64,000 nucleotides of DNA from Candidatus Latescibacterota bacterium (GCA_965208125.1 OZ242320.1:4640001-4704000); one strand, 5' to 3'. Shown: positions 9,940 through 18,959, counted from the first letter of the stretch. The notes: generated from the letters alone by a model not told the origin. Made by a program: numbers and translations.

Positions 9940-11269
9940 TTCCCGAATCTGATGCTCTCCTGGGTTCAATAGGGATATCCCGGTCTGATTTCCATTTTCT
10001 GAGGGCTTGTCCCCATTTGCCCGGTCTGGCGTCTTCAAGGGTCAGGATCTTCTTGTCAGCGTTATACTTGAATCCTTCAAGGGTCACATTTTCGATATCG
10101 ACGCGATACGTTCCATTGGTGTAATCCTTTACCGCCCCGATCGATGGCCCGTCAAAGAATTTTGTGACCTTTCTTAGCCTCAGATCATCGTAGTATTCTT
10201 CCGGGATATTCATCATTTCGTGTGTTTTTACCTGCGCATCTTTCCCAAAAATCGCGTGAATATTTTTGATGGTACACCCGTCGGCAAATCGCCCGGGTTT
10301 CGCGTCGGGATTTCTCGCCTGTTCGGCCTTCTTGACGTTCCCCCGGCCTATGGTGACAGCATATGTACTGCTTTTGGACGTGACGCCATCGACGTGAACC
10401 AATCCATTGTTCGCGCTGTGAGGTCCAAGCATGACGGCACATCGGCCGTTTTCACTGGTGATGTTTCTGGCTGTAATATCGAAGACTGCCGTGTGATCTC
10501 CCACAGCACCCGTTTCCAGCCTCAGGGTGACGCCTCCTTTAGCATAAAGATCTTCGAAGTGCAACGATTGTGCGCCGTGTAACTGGACGAGTCCGTATCC
10601 CGGGCTGGCGTTGAAGATGCGACAATTTCGAATGGTTCCATCGGTAGCGCGAGAGATCTCCCAATGTTTCACATTTTCGTTGCGCGACCGTGTGGGGGTC
10701 ATCGTCAATCCGCAATAGACCGTGAAGTTATCTTTTATGTCGAGGTCGGAGATGAGGAAATTTCTGACCATTCTGCACAGGACAGTACGGATGCCCTCTT
10801 CTTCCCGCCGCTCCCGGTCGGAATAATCGACGATGAACCGTCCGCCGAGTCCCCTAATGCTGACGTTCTCAATAAATTCATTTCCCCTTTGCTTAGGTCC
10901 CCTCCCGGATGTATCCTCATAGTCCAGGATGAAAATAACGGTTTTTGTCCCTTCTGGCCAATAGGGCTTGATGACTGTATCTTTTTCGATCAACAGGTGT
11001 ACATTCGATTTGAGATAGACTTTTGCAAAACGATAGGTTCCTTTCGGAATAATAAGCCGTCCACCGTCTGCGGCTGCGACGTCGTTGATCGCCTTCTGCA
11101 AAAGCGCACTCTGGTTGGTTTTTGCACCGTCATCGACCAGGCCGTAATCGGATTCGAGGTTTTTCACAAAACCGTTTGGGTCCATGGTTTCCTGGTATCT
11201 GGCGCTGACCGTTGTGACCCATGAGATAAGCGTGAGGGTCATGAGACCGAGTATCAGTGTGAGCTTCAT
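9935..11269 (-). CDS. Iota-carrageenase-like protein, GH82 (beta-helix), secreted
   Basis: Signal peptide. LQKAIND..GGRLIIPKGTY..KSNVHL, GYGLVQLHGA, GGVTLRLET and AVMLGPH..NG match the Alteromonas fortis iota-carrageenase motifs as I recall them (GYGLIQTYGA, GGIALRMETD, AVMFGPH). Confidence 0.85.
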   Translation of the reverse strand: MKLTLILGLMTLTLISWVTTVSARYQETMDPNGFVKNLESDYGLVDDGAKTNQSALLQKAINDVAAADGGRLIIPKGTYRFAKVYLKSNVHLLIEKDTVIKPYWPEGTKTVIFILDYEDTSGRGPKQRGNEFIENVSIRGLGGRFIVDYSDRERREEEGIRTVLCRMVRNFLISDLDIKDNFTVYCGLTMTPTRSRNENVKHWEISRATDGTIRNCRIFNASPGYGLVQLHGAQSLHFEDLYAKGGVTLRLETGAVGDHTAVFDITARNITSENGRCAVMLGPHSANNGLVHVDGVTSKSSTYAVTIGRGNVKKAEQARNPDAKPGRFADGCTIKNIHAIFGKDAQVKTHEMMNIPEEYYDDLRLRKVTKFFDGPSIGAVKDYTNGTYRVDIENVTLEGFKYNADKKILTLEDARPGKWGQALRKWKSDRDIPIEPRRASDSGK

Positions 11270-11270
11270 A

Positions 11271-11296
11271 ATAGGTTCTCCTTATAGGTTCTCCTT
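11271..11296 (-). repeat. Tandem 13-bp duplication of the RBS (AAGGAGAACCTAT x2)
   Basis: ATAGGTTCTCCTT occurs twice in tandem on + immediately upstream of the GH82 start. Confidence 0.85.
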
Positions 11297-11360
11297 GTTT
11301 TTGCACACAACTTACATAACTAAAGGCGCAACTGCAAGCTGAAGATGTTGCCCGATATGA

Positions 11361-11373
11361 GCTAAAAGCTATT
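11361..11373. repeat. 13-bp direct repeat GCTAAAAGCTATT, copy 2
   Basis: Identical to 9927-9939; lies 1 nt past the multicopper oxidase stop codon. Confidence 0.7.
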
Positions 11374-11374
11374 A

Positions 11375-13342
11375 TTATCTGCCCGGCAGATTTTTCGCAC
11401 GGTTCACGAGATCATGGACATCCATGTATGGTTCGGGGGCTGTAGATCTCCAGACGACCTCGCCGGTCGCGTCCAGCAGGACTGTGCCGTGCGCTGGGCC
11501 GGTGTGGGCCATTCCAAACCAGCCTGCCCATTTGCCAGCAGTGTCTGAGATAAAGCTCGACGACAGCGCAGCAACTCTCTCCTGGTCTGGATCGGATTCT
11601 GGCGTGATGATCACCAGATTGATGTCATTTTCCCGAAGCACCTCATCGAACAAACGCGCGTGCTCGTAACAATGCCCGCATTGAACACCAGTGATGAATG
11701 TGACGACAGTCGTCTTGCCAGTGATCAAGCTGAGTTGCTCTGGCTCTTCCACAACCAGGAACTGTCCCATCATCCCGTTGTCTTCGTGTTCCAGGATGTG
11801 GCAGTGGTACATGTATGGTACCTGAGGATCAGCATATCGCTCGAAGGCCATGATGATCCGAACGAGATCACCTGGAGGCACCAGGACTGTGTCTTTCCAG
11901 CCGAGGTCGGCACTGGTGGATGGTTGGCCGTTGCGGTCGAGAATTTGAAACTGGACCGGATGGAGGTGGAAAGGGTGAGGCTGACCGCCGCGATTGCGCA
12001 CTTCCCAAATCTCAATGTCTCCCAATCGTACGACCTCATCAATTCTCGCCATATCCATTGTCTTGCCGTTGATCGGTGGTCCTCCTCGACCCCCTCGACC
12101 CCCTCGACCTCCCCGTCCCCCTCGACCGCCTTGTAGAGCCTCCAGATTCCGGGTGATGCGTTGTTGTATGTTTTGTAGTCGTCCCCCTCGTCCCCCTCGA
12201 CCACCTTGTCGGGGTCCCGCCAAAACCATCGGACGGGTTTTGGCGGCGAGTGAGGGATCGATGCGGGAGATGATGTTGAGGCGCTCTGGCAGTGCGTGAG
12301 ATGCACGATTTGTCGGTCGGGGAACGATCTTTAACAATTGCAGATTCCCCGTGCCGGTTCCCCAGAAAAACGACGTGATCGTCCTCAGAAACCCGGCTTC
12401 CGGATAGCTTTTCAACACTACTTCAGCACCGTCGCTGAAGTCAACCAGGATCTCGGCTCGCTCGCCGGGTGCGAGGATCACGCGGTTGGTTTGGAGGGGC
12501 GTTTCGAGGAATCCGCCATCTGTGGCGATCTGATGAAACTCTCGGTTGTCGTCAAAGCCGATGTAGTAGATACGCGCATTCGAGCCGTTTAACAGTCTGA
12601 ATCGAATGCGACGTGACTCAACCTGGAGAAATGGATTCCAGGTTCCATTGATCAGCATGGTGTTTCCAAAGACAGCACCCTGGTTGCGGGCAAAGCGAAA
12701 CGCACCGTCATCGTCAAACAATCGGTCTTGAATCACGACTGGAATGTCGTCAACGCCGTAAGTCTTTGGCAGGCTCAGCGTATCACTGTTATCGTCATCG
12801 ATCCACATGAGGCCAGCGACCCCCCGATAGACTTGCCGCCCCGTGTTGCCATGCGGATGCGGGTGGTACCACAACGGAGCGGCCTGTTGATCGACCGGAA
12901 AGCTGGCAGTCCATGATTCTCCAGGCTCGATTTTCTGATGCGGTGTGCCGTCCATGCGAGCGGGAACGTGCATTCCGTGCCAGTGCATTGTCGTTATTTC
13001 ATTCAGATTGTTCTGGACGATCAGATCGACATCTTCGCCTCGACGCAGTCGCAGTGTCGGTCCCAGAAACGGGCCATTAACGCCAGCTGTCGGTGTTTGT
13101 TTGCCTGGCAAGAACTCTCGGCTTCCTTCAGCAACGGTCAGGTGAAACTGCCGATGTCCATCCATAACGGTTCCAAATAACTGTTCGGGAATCAGCAGCT
13201 TATTCTCAAAGGTCAACCCGCTGTTTGTGGCTCGGATGAACAACAGCCAGTAGCAGGTCACGCCCAATAACAGTACGATAATCAACAGTTCTATTGTGAT
13301 TGGCTTCAGCCGCCGGGGCCTGGCCGCCGTATTTGCAGGCAT
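11375..13342 (-). CDS. Multicopper oxidase (CueO/bilirubin-oxidase-like) with GGR-repeat insert and C-terminal redoxin (AhpC/TSA-like) domain
   Basis: HWHG, WYHPH, HPFHLH, HCHILEHEDNGMM copper motifs; N-terminal hydrophobic helix; C-terminal TTVVTFITGVQCGHC...SDTAGKWAGWFG...GTVLLDATGEVVW. Confidence 0.9.
   Translation of the reverse strand: MPANTAARPRRLKPITIELLIIVLLLGVTCYWLLFIRATNSGLTFENKLLIPEQLFGTVMDGHRQFHLTVAEGSREFLPGKQTPTAGVNGPFLGPTLRLRRGEDVDLIVQNNLNEITTMHWHGMHVPARMDGTPHQKIEPGESWTASFPVDQQAAPLWYHPHPHGNTGRQVYRGVAGLMWIDDDNSDTLSLPKTYGVDDIPVVIQDRLFDDDGAFRFARNQGAVFGNTMLINGTWNPFLQVESRRIRFRLLNGSNARIYYIGFDDNREFHQIATDGGFLETPLQTNRVILAPGERAEILVDFSDGAEVVLKSYPEAGFLRTITSFFWGTGTGNLQLLKIVPRPTNRASHALPERLNIISRIDPSLAAKTRPMVLAGPRQGGRGGRGGRLQNIQQRITRNLEALQGGRGGRGGRGGRGGRGGPPINGKTMDMARIDEVVRLGDIEIWEVRNRGGQPHPFHLHPVQFQILDRNGQPSTSADLGWKDTVLVPPGDLVRIIMAFERYADPQVPYMYHCHILEHEDNGMMGQFLVVEEPEQLSLITGKTTVVTFITGVQCGHCYEHARLFDEVLRENDINLVIITPESDPDQERVAALSSSFISDTAGKWAGWFGMAHTGPAHGTVLLDATGEVVWRSTAPEPYMDVHDLVNRAKNLPGR
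12078..12206 (-). repeat. Intragenic 9-bp tandem repeats encoding (GGR)n, two blocks
   Basis: CCCCCTCGA / CCCCCTCGT-type units on +; protein reads GGRGGRGGR...GGRGGRGGRGGRGGRGG. Confidence 0.85.
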
Positions 13343-13420
13343 GTTTTTTCCTTATATGGGTGATCCGTTTCTTATTTGACAGCAGAAATTCGTGGCGCGT
13401 TCCATTATGCATCCTAATAA

Positions 13421-13453
13421 AAAAGGTCGTGAAAATTAATCTCACGACCTTTT
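13421..13453. terminator. Intrinsic terminator-like hairpin between divergent genes
   Basis: AAAAGGTCGTGA-N9-TCACGACCTTTT perfect stem with A/T tracts on both sides. Confidence 0.75.
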
Positions 13454-13584
13454 GACTTTGATTACTGCGCTCAATCGGTGATGATGTTTCTTGTCATTTC
13501 CAGTGGACGATTTATATTAATCAGGAAGCGATGACTCTCATAGAACTTTTCAATGAACGCGTTTTTTCTGCATTTTCTTAAGGG

Positions 13585-16383
13585 TTGATGGATACGATGC
13601 GCTGGCTCGTATATTTTTTTGCTTCGTTATTGTTGGGCTTATCGACTTCTGTTGCCGCTTCTGGCGAAGTCGAAGTGACGCCTGTGGCGGCAGAGAGGTT
13701 ATTTGTTCGGGAAGTGTTGCCGCTTTTGAAGACAAAGTGTTTTGCCTGTCACGGCGATGACCCTGACGATGTGCGAGCAGATCTGGATTTGAGATCGCGT
13801 GAAGGGATGCTCAAAGGCAGTGCATTTGGCCCCGTGCTCGTGCCGGGTAGTCCTGGCGAAAGCGCAATGTACATCGCCATAAAGTGGGAAGACGGAGCAC
13901 TCCAAATGCCGCCCAAAGAGAATGATCGGCTTTCGGATGCGCAGATCGAGGTGTGGCGAGAGTGGATCCTTGGGGGCGCACCATGGGTGGCTCAGGAGAA
14001 AATCCTTGAGTCTGACTCCTGGTCTGCCAAAGACGGTGTGACTGTAAAAACAAGCGGCGGACTTTCCCGAGAATGGACGGAGCGTCGGTACAAACCCGAA
14101 GATCTCTGGGCTTTTGCGCCAGTGAAACGGTATTCTGTGCCGAATATAGAGGACGTGATGGGAGAGGGCGCAGAGAATCCGGTAGATGCCTTTGTCCATC
14201 AAAGATTGCAAGACGCGGGGATCACACCGGCTGGTCGAGCCGATAAACGCACGTTGATCAGGCGCGCGACCTTTGATCTGATAGGATTGCCACCTACACC
14301 TGAGGAGATTGAGGCTTTTGTAAATGATGCGTCTAAAAAAGCTTTTGAGAAGGTTATCGATCGCTTGCTGAAGAGTCCTCATTATGGTGAGCGATGGGGG
14401 CGAAACTGGCTGGACGTTGTGCGTTATGCCGATACAGCCGGATATTCAAATGATTTTGAACGCCCCAATGCATGGCGATACCGAGACTATGTCATTCGAT
14501 CTTTCAACGCTGACAAGCCCTACAACCGGTTTGTTATTGAACAACTGGCGGGAGATGAATTTGATCCCAACAATCCCGAAATGTTGATTGCCGTCGGGTA
14601 CTTGCGGTCAGGGCCGTGGGAACAGACCGGAATGAGCGTGGCTGCTGAAACGCGTCAGCTTTTTCTCGACGATGTGACCAACAGTGTTGGTGAGACCTTT
14701 CTCTCGATTCCGTTGCGTTGTGCCAGATGTCACGACCATAAATTTGACCCCATTCCAACGCGAGACTACTATCGGATGCAGGCTGTTTTTGCACCCGTTC
14801 AGTTAGCCGAACGCGATGTGCCGTATTTGCAGGTAGAAAACCAGAACAGATTTGAAGCTGGCAGACTGCGCATTGAAAGTTTGCTTCAAAATGCAATCGA
14901 CAAACAGGCAGAGATTAGAAAAAAAGAAGAGGATGCAACACGCAAGTGGATGGAAGAAAGAGGCATGGAATATCTGTCCAAAAGGGAAAGAAGCAAATTG
15001 CCGGACGACAAACGGTTGCCCAGGTTTATTGGATTGACGCACAAAGATTTGGGTACCCAAAAAGCGCTCGCCAAACAGGTTCAGCGCTTGAGTTGGAAAA
15101 AGGATCGCTACAAACCCATTGCGCTTAGCATTTACAACGGCCCACTTGTCACACTCAGAAATGTCAAATCACGGATGGTGATGCCTGAAAATCTCGAGGG
15201 TGAACTCCAAAAAGTGCATATCCTCGGCGGGGGTTCGGTTTACGCGCCAACAGAGCCGGTTTCGCCAGGTGTAATCTCTGCTGTTTACGGCTCAAATGCC
15301 GATCTGGAACCTTCTGCGTGGAATACCATTCCCGAAACAACGAATGGGCGACGATTGGCGCTCGCAAACTGGATTGCGAACTCAAACAATCCGCTGGCGA
15401 CACGTTCGGTTGTCAACCGCATCTGGCAATGGCATTTCGGGCGTGGCATTGCTGGCAACAGCAATAACTTTGGCGTGATGGGCAAAAAACCTACGCATCC
15501 AGAATTGCTCGACTGGTTAACTTTATATTTTGTTGAGCACGGCTGGTCTTTTAAAACGATGCATCGGCTGATTATGAATTCAGAAACGTACCAGCGTGGG
15601 GAAAGGCCTCCTGATTGGAAAAAGGTGCAGAAAAAAGATCCGAGCAATGAACTGCTGTCCTATTTTTCACCGCGTCGTTTGACCGCAGAAGAATTGCGCG
15701 ATGGGATGCTGTTTGTTTCCGGTGAACTGAATTTGGAAATGGGCGGACTGCCTATTTTTCCCGAAATCAATATGGAAGTTGCCTTGCAGCCGCGCCATGT
15801 GATGGGTTCTGTTGCTCCTGCTCACCAGCCTTCGAGAGATCCGACGACGCGAAATCGGCGCACCGTTTATGCGTATCGATATCGCGGTCTGCCCGATCCA
15901 ATGCTGGAAGTATTTAACCAGCCGCCAGCAGATTTATCATGTGAACGGAGGGCAACATCTACAATTACGCCCCAGGTATTTACGCTATTTAACAGTCAAA
16001 ACAGTTATGACCGGGCTCTGGCAATGGCGCATCGGGTGGAAAAGGAAAGCGCATCTGAGGCTGACCAGATTGAGCGCGCATTTAAATCTGCCTGGGGGCG
16101 CGTGCCTACAGTGGAAGAATATCAGAAGGCGGTCAGGTATTTGGAGAAAGCAGTCTTGTATCACCGCAAAAATCCGCCCGAGATTCAAACATATGCGACA
16201 GATGTCACGCGCAGGATGTTTGAAGAGATGACTGGCGAAGCATTTGAGTTTGTCGAAAGGCTGGATGTTTATGAAGACTATGTGCCCGATCTCAAGCCAT
16301 GGGATGTGCAGGCTGAGACGCGGGCTTTGGCTGATTTATGTCTGGTATTGTTTAATTCCAACGAATTTATCTATGTGTATTGA
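13585..16383 (+). CDS. Planctomycete cytochrome c / DUF1549 / DUF1553 (PSD1) domain protein
   Basis: Signal peptide, CFACHG, LIRRATFDLIGLPPT, WLDVVRYADT, CARCHDHKFDPI, VNRIWQWHFGRG, PTHPELLDWL, NSNEFIYV. Confidence 0.93.
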   Translation: MMDTMRWLVYFFASLLLGLSTSVAASGEVEVTPVAAERLFVREVLPLLKTKCFACHGDDPDDVRADLDLRSREGMLKGSAFGPVLVPGSPGESAMYIAIKWEDGALQMPPKENDRLSDAQIEVWREWILGGAPWVAQEKILESDSWSAKDGVTVKTSGGLSREWTERRYKPEDLWAFAPVKRYSVPNIEDVMGEGAENPVDAFVHQRLQDAGITPAGRADKRTLIRRATFDLIGLPPTPEEIEAFVNDASKKAFEKVIDRLLKSPHYGERWGRNWLDVVRYADTAGYSNDFERPNAWRYRDYVIRSFNADKPYNRFVIEQLAGDEFDPNNPEMLIAVGYLRSGPWEQTGMSVAAETRQLFLDDVTNSVGETFLSIPLRCARCHDHKFDPIPTRDYYRMQAVFAPVQLAERDVPYLQVENQNRFEAGRLRIESLLQNAIDKQAEIRKKEEDATRKWMEERGMEYLSKRERSKLPDDKRLPRFIGLTHKDLGTQKALAKQVQRLSWKKDRYKPIALSIYNGPLVTLRNVKSRMVMPENLEGELQKVHILGGGSVYAPTEPVSPGVISAVYGSNADLEPSAWNTIPETTNGRRLALANWIANSNNPLATRSVVNRIWQWHFGRGIAGNSNNFGVMGKKPTHPELLDWLTLYFVEHGWSFKTMHRLIMNSETYQRGERPPDWKKVQKKDPSNELLSYFSPRRLTAEELRDGMLFVSGELNLEMGGLPIFPEINMEVALQPRHVMGSVAPAHQPSRDPTTRNRRTVYAYRYRGLPDPMLEVFNQPPADLSCERRATSTITPQVFTLFNSQNSYDRALAMAHRVEKESASEADQIERAFKSAWGRVPTVEEYQKAVRYLEKAVLYHRKNPPEIQTYATDVTRRMFEEMTGEAFEFVERLDVYEDYVPDLKPWDVQAETRALADLCLVLFNSNEFIYVY

Positions 16384-17834
16384 GGTGTAAAATGGATCCC
16401 AAACTCCAAAAACGGCTCAACTTGCTGGCAGCGCGTAACCTCAACCGGCGGGATTTTCTTTACGGGCTTGGCTCGAGTATTGGTTCTGTGGCATTGAGCC
16501 ACCTGTTGATGCAAAACAATGCCTCTGCCAGCCAATCCAATCTGCTTGCTCCCAAGCCCCAGATGGTACCTGCCAAAGCCAAATCATGCATTTTTTTAAT
16601 GATGGAAGGCGGGCCGAGCCATATTGACACATTTGATCCCAAGTCGAAACTTCAAGATCTGCATCTGACAAAGTTCGGGCGGAAGGGAAAACAGTTTTCG
16701 GCGATGGCGAGTGGAAATCGGTACTATGTACAAAGTCCGTTTAAGAGCCGAAAGGTAGGTCAGTCTGGCGCAGATATGTGCGAGCATTTTGTTCATTTGG
16801 CCGAGGTTGCCGATGAGATTTGTTTTTATCGAGGCTGCCAGGCAGAATCCGTGGATCATCCGACCGCGATGTTTCACATCAATACGGGCAACAAATTTGG
16901 TGGTGACCCGGCGATGGGATCCTGGGTGACTTATGGGTTGGGCACTGAAAATGAAAACCTGCCCGCGTTTATTGTTTTGCCCGAAGTGGCTTATCCTCAA
17001 GGGGGGGCTGCCAACTGGTCCAATGGTTTTCTACCGGCGCATTATCAGGGCACACCGCTGCGACCTACTGGATCGCCTATTTTGGATATACACCCACCAC
17101 CGCATATTAACCGCAAACATCAGAAAGAAAGCCTTTCTCTGCTCAAAGCGTTTAACAAATCCCATGCCAGACAACATCCCCAACACAACGAACTTTCGGC
17201 ACGCATGGCGAGCTATGAACTCGCCTTCCGAATGCAGATGGAAGTGCCGGGCATTATCGATGTAGATGAAGAAAGTGAAAAGGTCAAAGCGTTGTACGGT
17301 GTTGGCGAAGAAACAACCGATGCGTTTGGTCGGAAGTGTCTGTTGGCTCGAAGGCTTGTCGAACGGGGTGTGCGTTTTGTGCAAATTTATTCTGGCGGAT
17401 GGGATTCGCACGATTATCTGGCTCGCGCACACGGTTCGTTGATTCGCAGTATCGACAAGCCCATCGCTGGATTGATCACCGATCTCAAGCAGCGAGGGAT
17501 GCTGGAGGAAACATTGATTATCTGGTGCGGTGAGTTTGGGCGCAGTCCCGACAATGGTCTGCGAGGGGGTGGGGTGGCTTATGGTCGTGATCACAACCCA
17601 ACGGCGATGCCAATGTGGTTTGCTGGTGGGGGCGTGAATGCGGGACAGGTGATCGGGGCAACCGATGAGATTGGCGAAAAAGCAGTTGGTGTCGTGCATC
17701 CCATCCAGGACGTCCATGTGACGATTCTGAGACTTTTGGGGTTGGATGATAATAAGCTCACGTATTTTTACGCTGGACGATATATGCAACTGTCGCAGAC
17801 GGGTGGTAGCGTGATTGAAGAATTGATCGGGTGA
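16380..17834 (+). CDS. DUF1501 domain protein with Tat-like signal
   Basis: NRRDFL, MEGGPSHIDTFDPK, LARRLVERGVRFVQ, GEFGRSP, GRDHNP; ATG at 16392 is an alternative start. Confidence 0.93.
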   Translation: MRCKMDPKLQKRLNLLAARNLNRRDFLYGLGSSIGSVALSHLLMQNNASASQSNLLAPKPQMVPAKAKSCIFLMMEGGPSHIDTFDPKSKLQDLHLTKFGRKGKQFSAMASGNRYYVQSPFKSRKVGQSGADMCEHFVHLAEVADEICFYRGCQAESVDHPTAMFHINTGNKFGGDPAMGSWVTYGLGTENENLPAFIVLPEVAYPQGGAANWSNGFLPAHYQGTPLRPTGSPILDIHPPPHINRKHQKESLSLLKAFNKSHARQHPQHNELSARMASYELAFRMQMEVPGIIDVDEESEKVKALYGVGEETTDAFGRKCLLARRLVERGVRFVQIYSGGWDSHDYLARAHGSLIRSIDKPIAGLITDLKQRGMLEETLIIWCGEFGRSPDNGLRGGGVAYGRDHNPTAMPMWFAGGGVNAGQVIGATDEIGEKAVGVVHPIQDVHVTILRLLGLDDNKLTYFYAGRYMQLSQTGGSVIEELIG

Positions 17835-17881
17835 ATATACATGAAAAATCTATTGGCATAATAGGTTGAGCTTAAGATCCC

Positions 17882-17913
17882 AAAAAGGCTGCGAAATAAT
17901 TTCGCAGCCTTTT
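17882..17913. terminator. Bidirectional intrinsic terminator
   Basis: AAAAAGGCTGCGAAA-TAA-TTTCGCAGCCTTTT between convergent genes. Confidence 0.88.
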
Positions 17914-17939
17914 AAATTTTTTAAAAACATTGTGTTTTG

Positions 17940-17970
17940 TGGTCCCAGTGGCAGGACTTGAACCTGCGAC
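17940..17970 (-). pseudogene. tRNA 3'-end remnant (T-arm, acceptor strand, CCA); att-site-like
   Basis: Minus strand reads GTC-GCAGG-TTCAAGT-CCTGC-CACTGGG-A-CCA; no D-arm or anticodon arm upstream. Confidence 0.8.
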
Positions 17971-17976
17971 TCTATT

Positions 17977-18816
17977 TTACCAACGCCTCTTCAGCGCATC
18001 GTGAACACTGACCTCCAGGTGAGGACCGAATCCCTCGACCTCCAATCGGACCACGAAGCCATCCTGAATCGGTGATAGAGCTTCGTGATGGGTGCCGGTT
18101 GCAACAACATCCCCTGGCTCAAGGGTGATGACGCTGGTGACTTCCTCCAGCAACTCGGGAATGTGGCGGGCCATATCGCCTGTAGAAAAATCGTGTTTGA
18201 GGGCGTTGTTGACCCATAGCTTCACCGAAAGGGCATTTGGATTTGATACCTCATCGGCAGTCACCAGAGCCGGTCCGAGGGGGGCAAATGTGTGCCAGCT
18301 TTTTCCCAGGAAGAAGCCACCGGGCAATCCGCGAGCCGAGACATCTATGAACTGTGTGTAGCCAAAGACATGGTCTAACGCATTGGCTTGCGAGAGGTGG
18401 CTGGCTCTCTTGCCGATCACCAGAGCCAACTCTGGCTCAAAATGGAAAACACTCGCTTCGGCGTCCGGAAGTTCAACAGTACTGCCGGTAGGCATTACGC
18501 TGGTGTTGGCCTTTAGAAAGCCATTGAACAGATCACGCTCCGGGTGGCTCGGCTCGATATAATTGCCAGCAGCACACATGAGTTGACCGGGGCGGGGCAG
18601 GGGCGATTGCAAAGTCACTGCATCGAGGGCGATACTATTCCCTCCTTCTGCGGCACTTTCGATCCTGGACTGTATGGCATCCCAATCAGTAATGATCATC
18701 TGCATCATTTCTTGAGCGTTGTGATGCCCCAGGTCTGCGACTGAATTACCAACTGGGACGACTGTATCGCCCTGCAAAACACCCAGTTGAAAGTCATTGT
18801 AGAGTACGAGTTTCAT
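17977..18816 (-). CDS. Fumarylacetoacetate hydrolase (FAH) family protein
   Basis: CAAGNY, HFEPELALVIGK, GYTQFIDVSAR, GKSWHTFAPLGP, TLEPGDVVATGT; RBS AGGAGG. Confidence 0.92.
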   Translation of the reverse strand: MKLVLYNDFQLGVLQGDTVVPVGNSVADLGHHNAQEMMQMIITDWDAIQSRIESAAEGGNSIALDAVTLQSPLPRPGQLMCAAGNYIEPSHPERDLFNGFLKANTSVMPTGSTVELPDAEASVFHFEPELALVIGKRASHLSQANALDHVFGYTQFIDVSARGLPGGFFLGKSWHTFAPLGPALVTADEVSNPNALSVKLWVNNALKHDFSTGDMARHIPELLEEVTSVITLEPGDVVATGTHHEALSPIQDGFVVRLEVEGFGPHLEVSVHDALKRRW

Positions 18817-18931
18817 GAAAGTTTCCTCCTGAAAAAATAATGTTAATGAAGATCCTTTTCTGGGAATTCATCTCGTTTAAGCTGAGCCAATATAAGACAT
18901 TTTCTCGGGGATTGAAAATCTGAATGATGGC

Positions 18932-18959
18932 TTGCGATTTCTTTCATAGGTACTATATT
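18932..18959 (+). promoter_or_regulatory. Possible sigma70 promoter for the downstream sulfatase
   Basis: TTGCGA-N16-TATATT in the divergent intergenic region. Confidence 0.4.

Noticed and set aside
11297-11374. Integron attC site between the MCO and GH82 genes
   Set aside because: A GTTATGT is present on the minus strand, but there is no matching RYYYAAC box, no convincing L-box hairpin and no integron integrase.
12078-12206. CRISPR array
   Set aside because: These are 9-bp in-frame coding repeats without spacers, and there are no cas genes.
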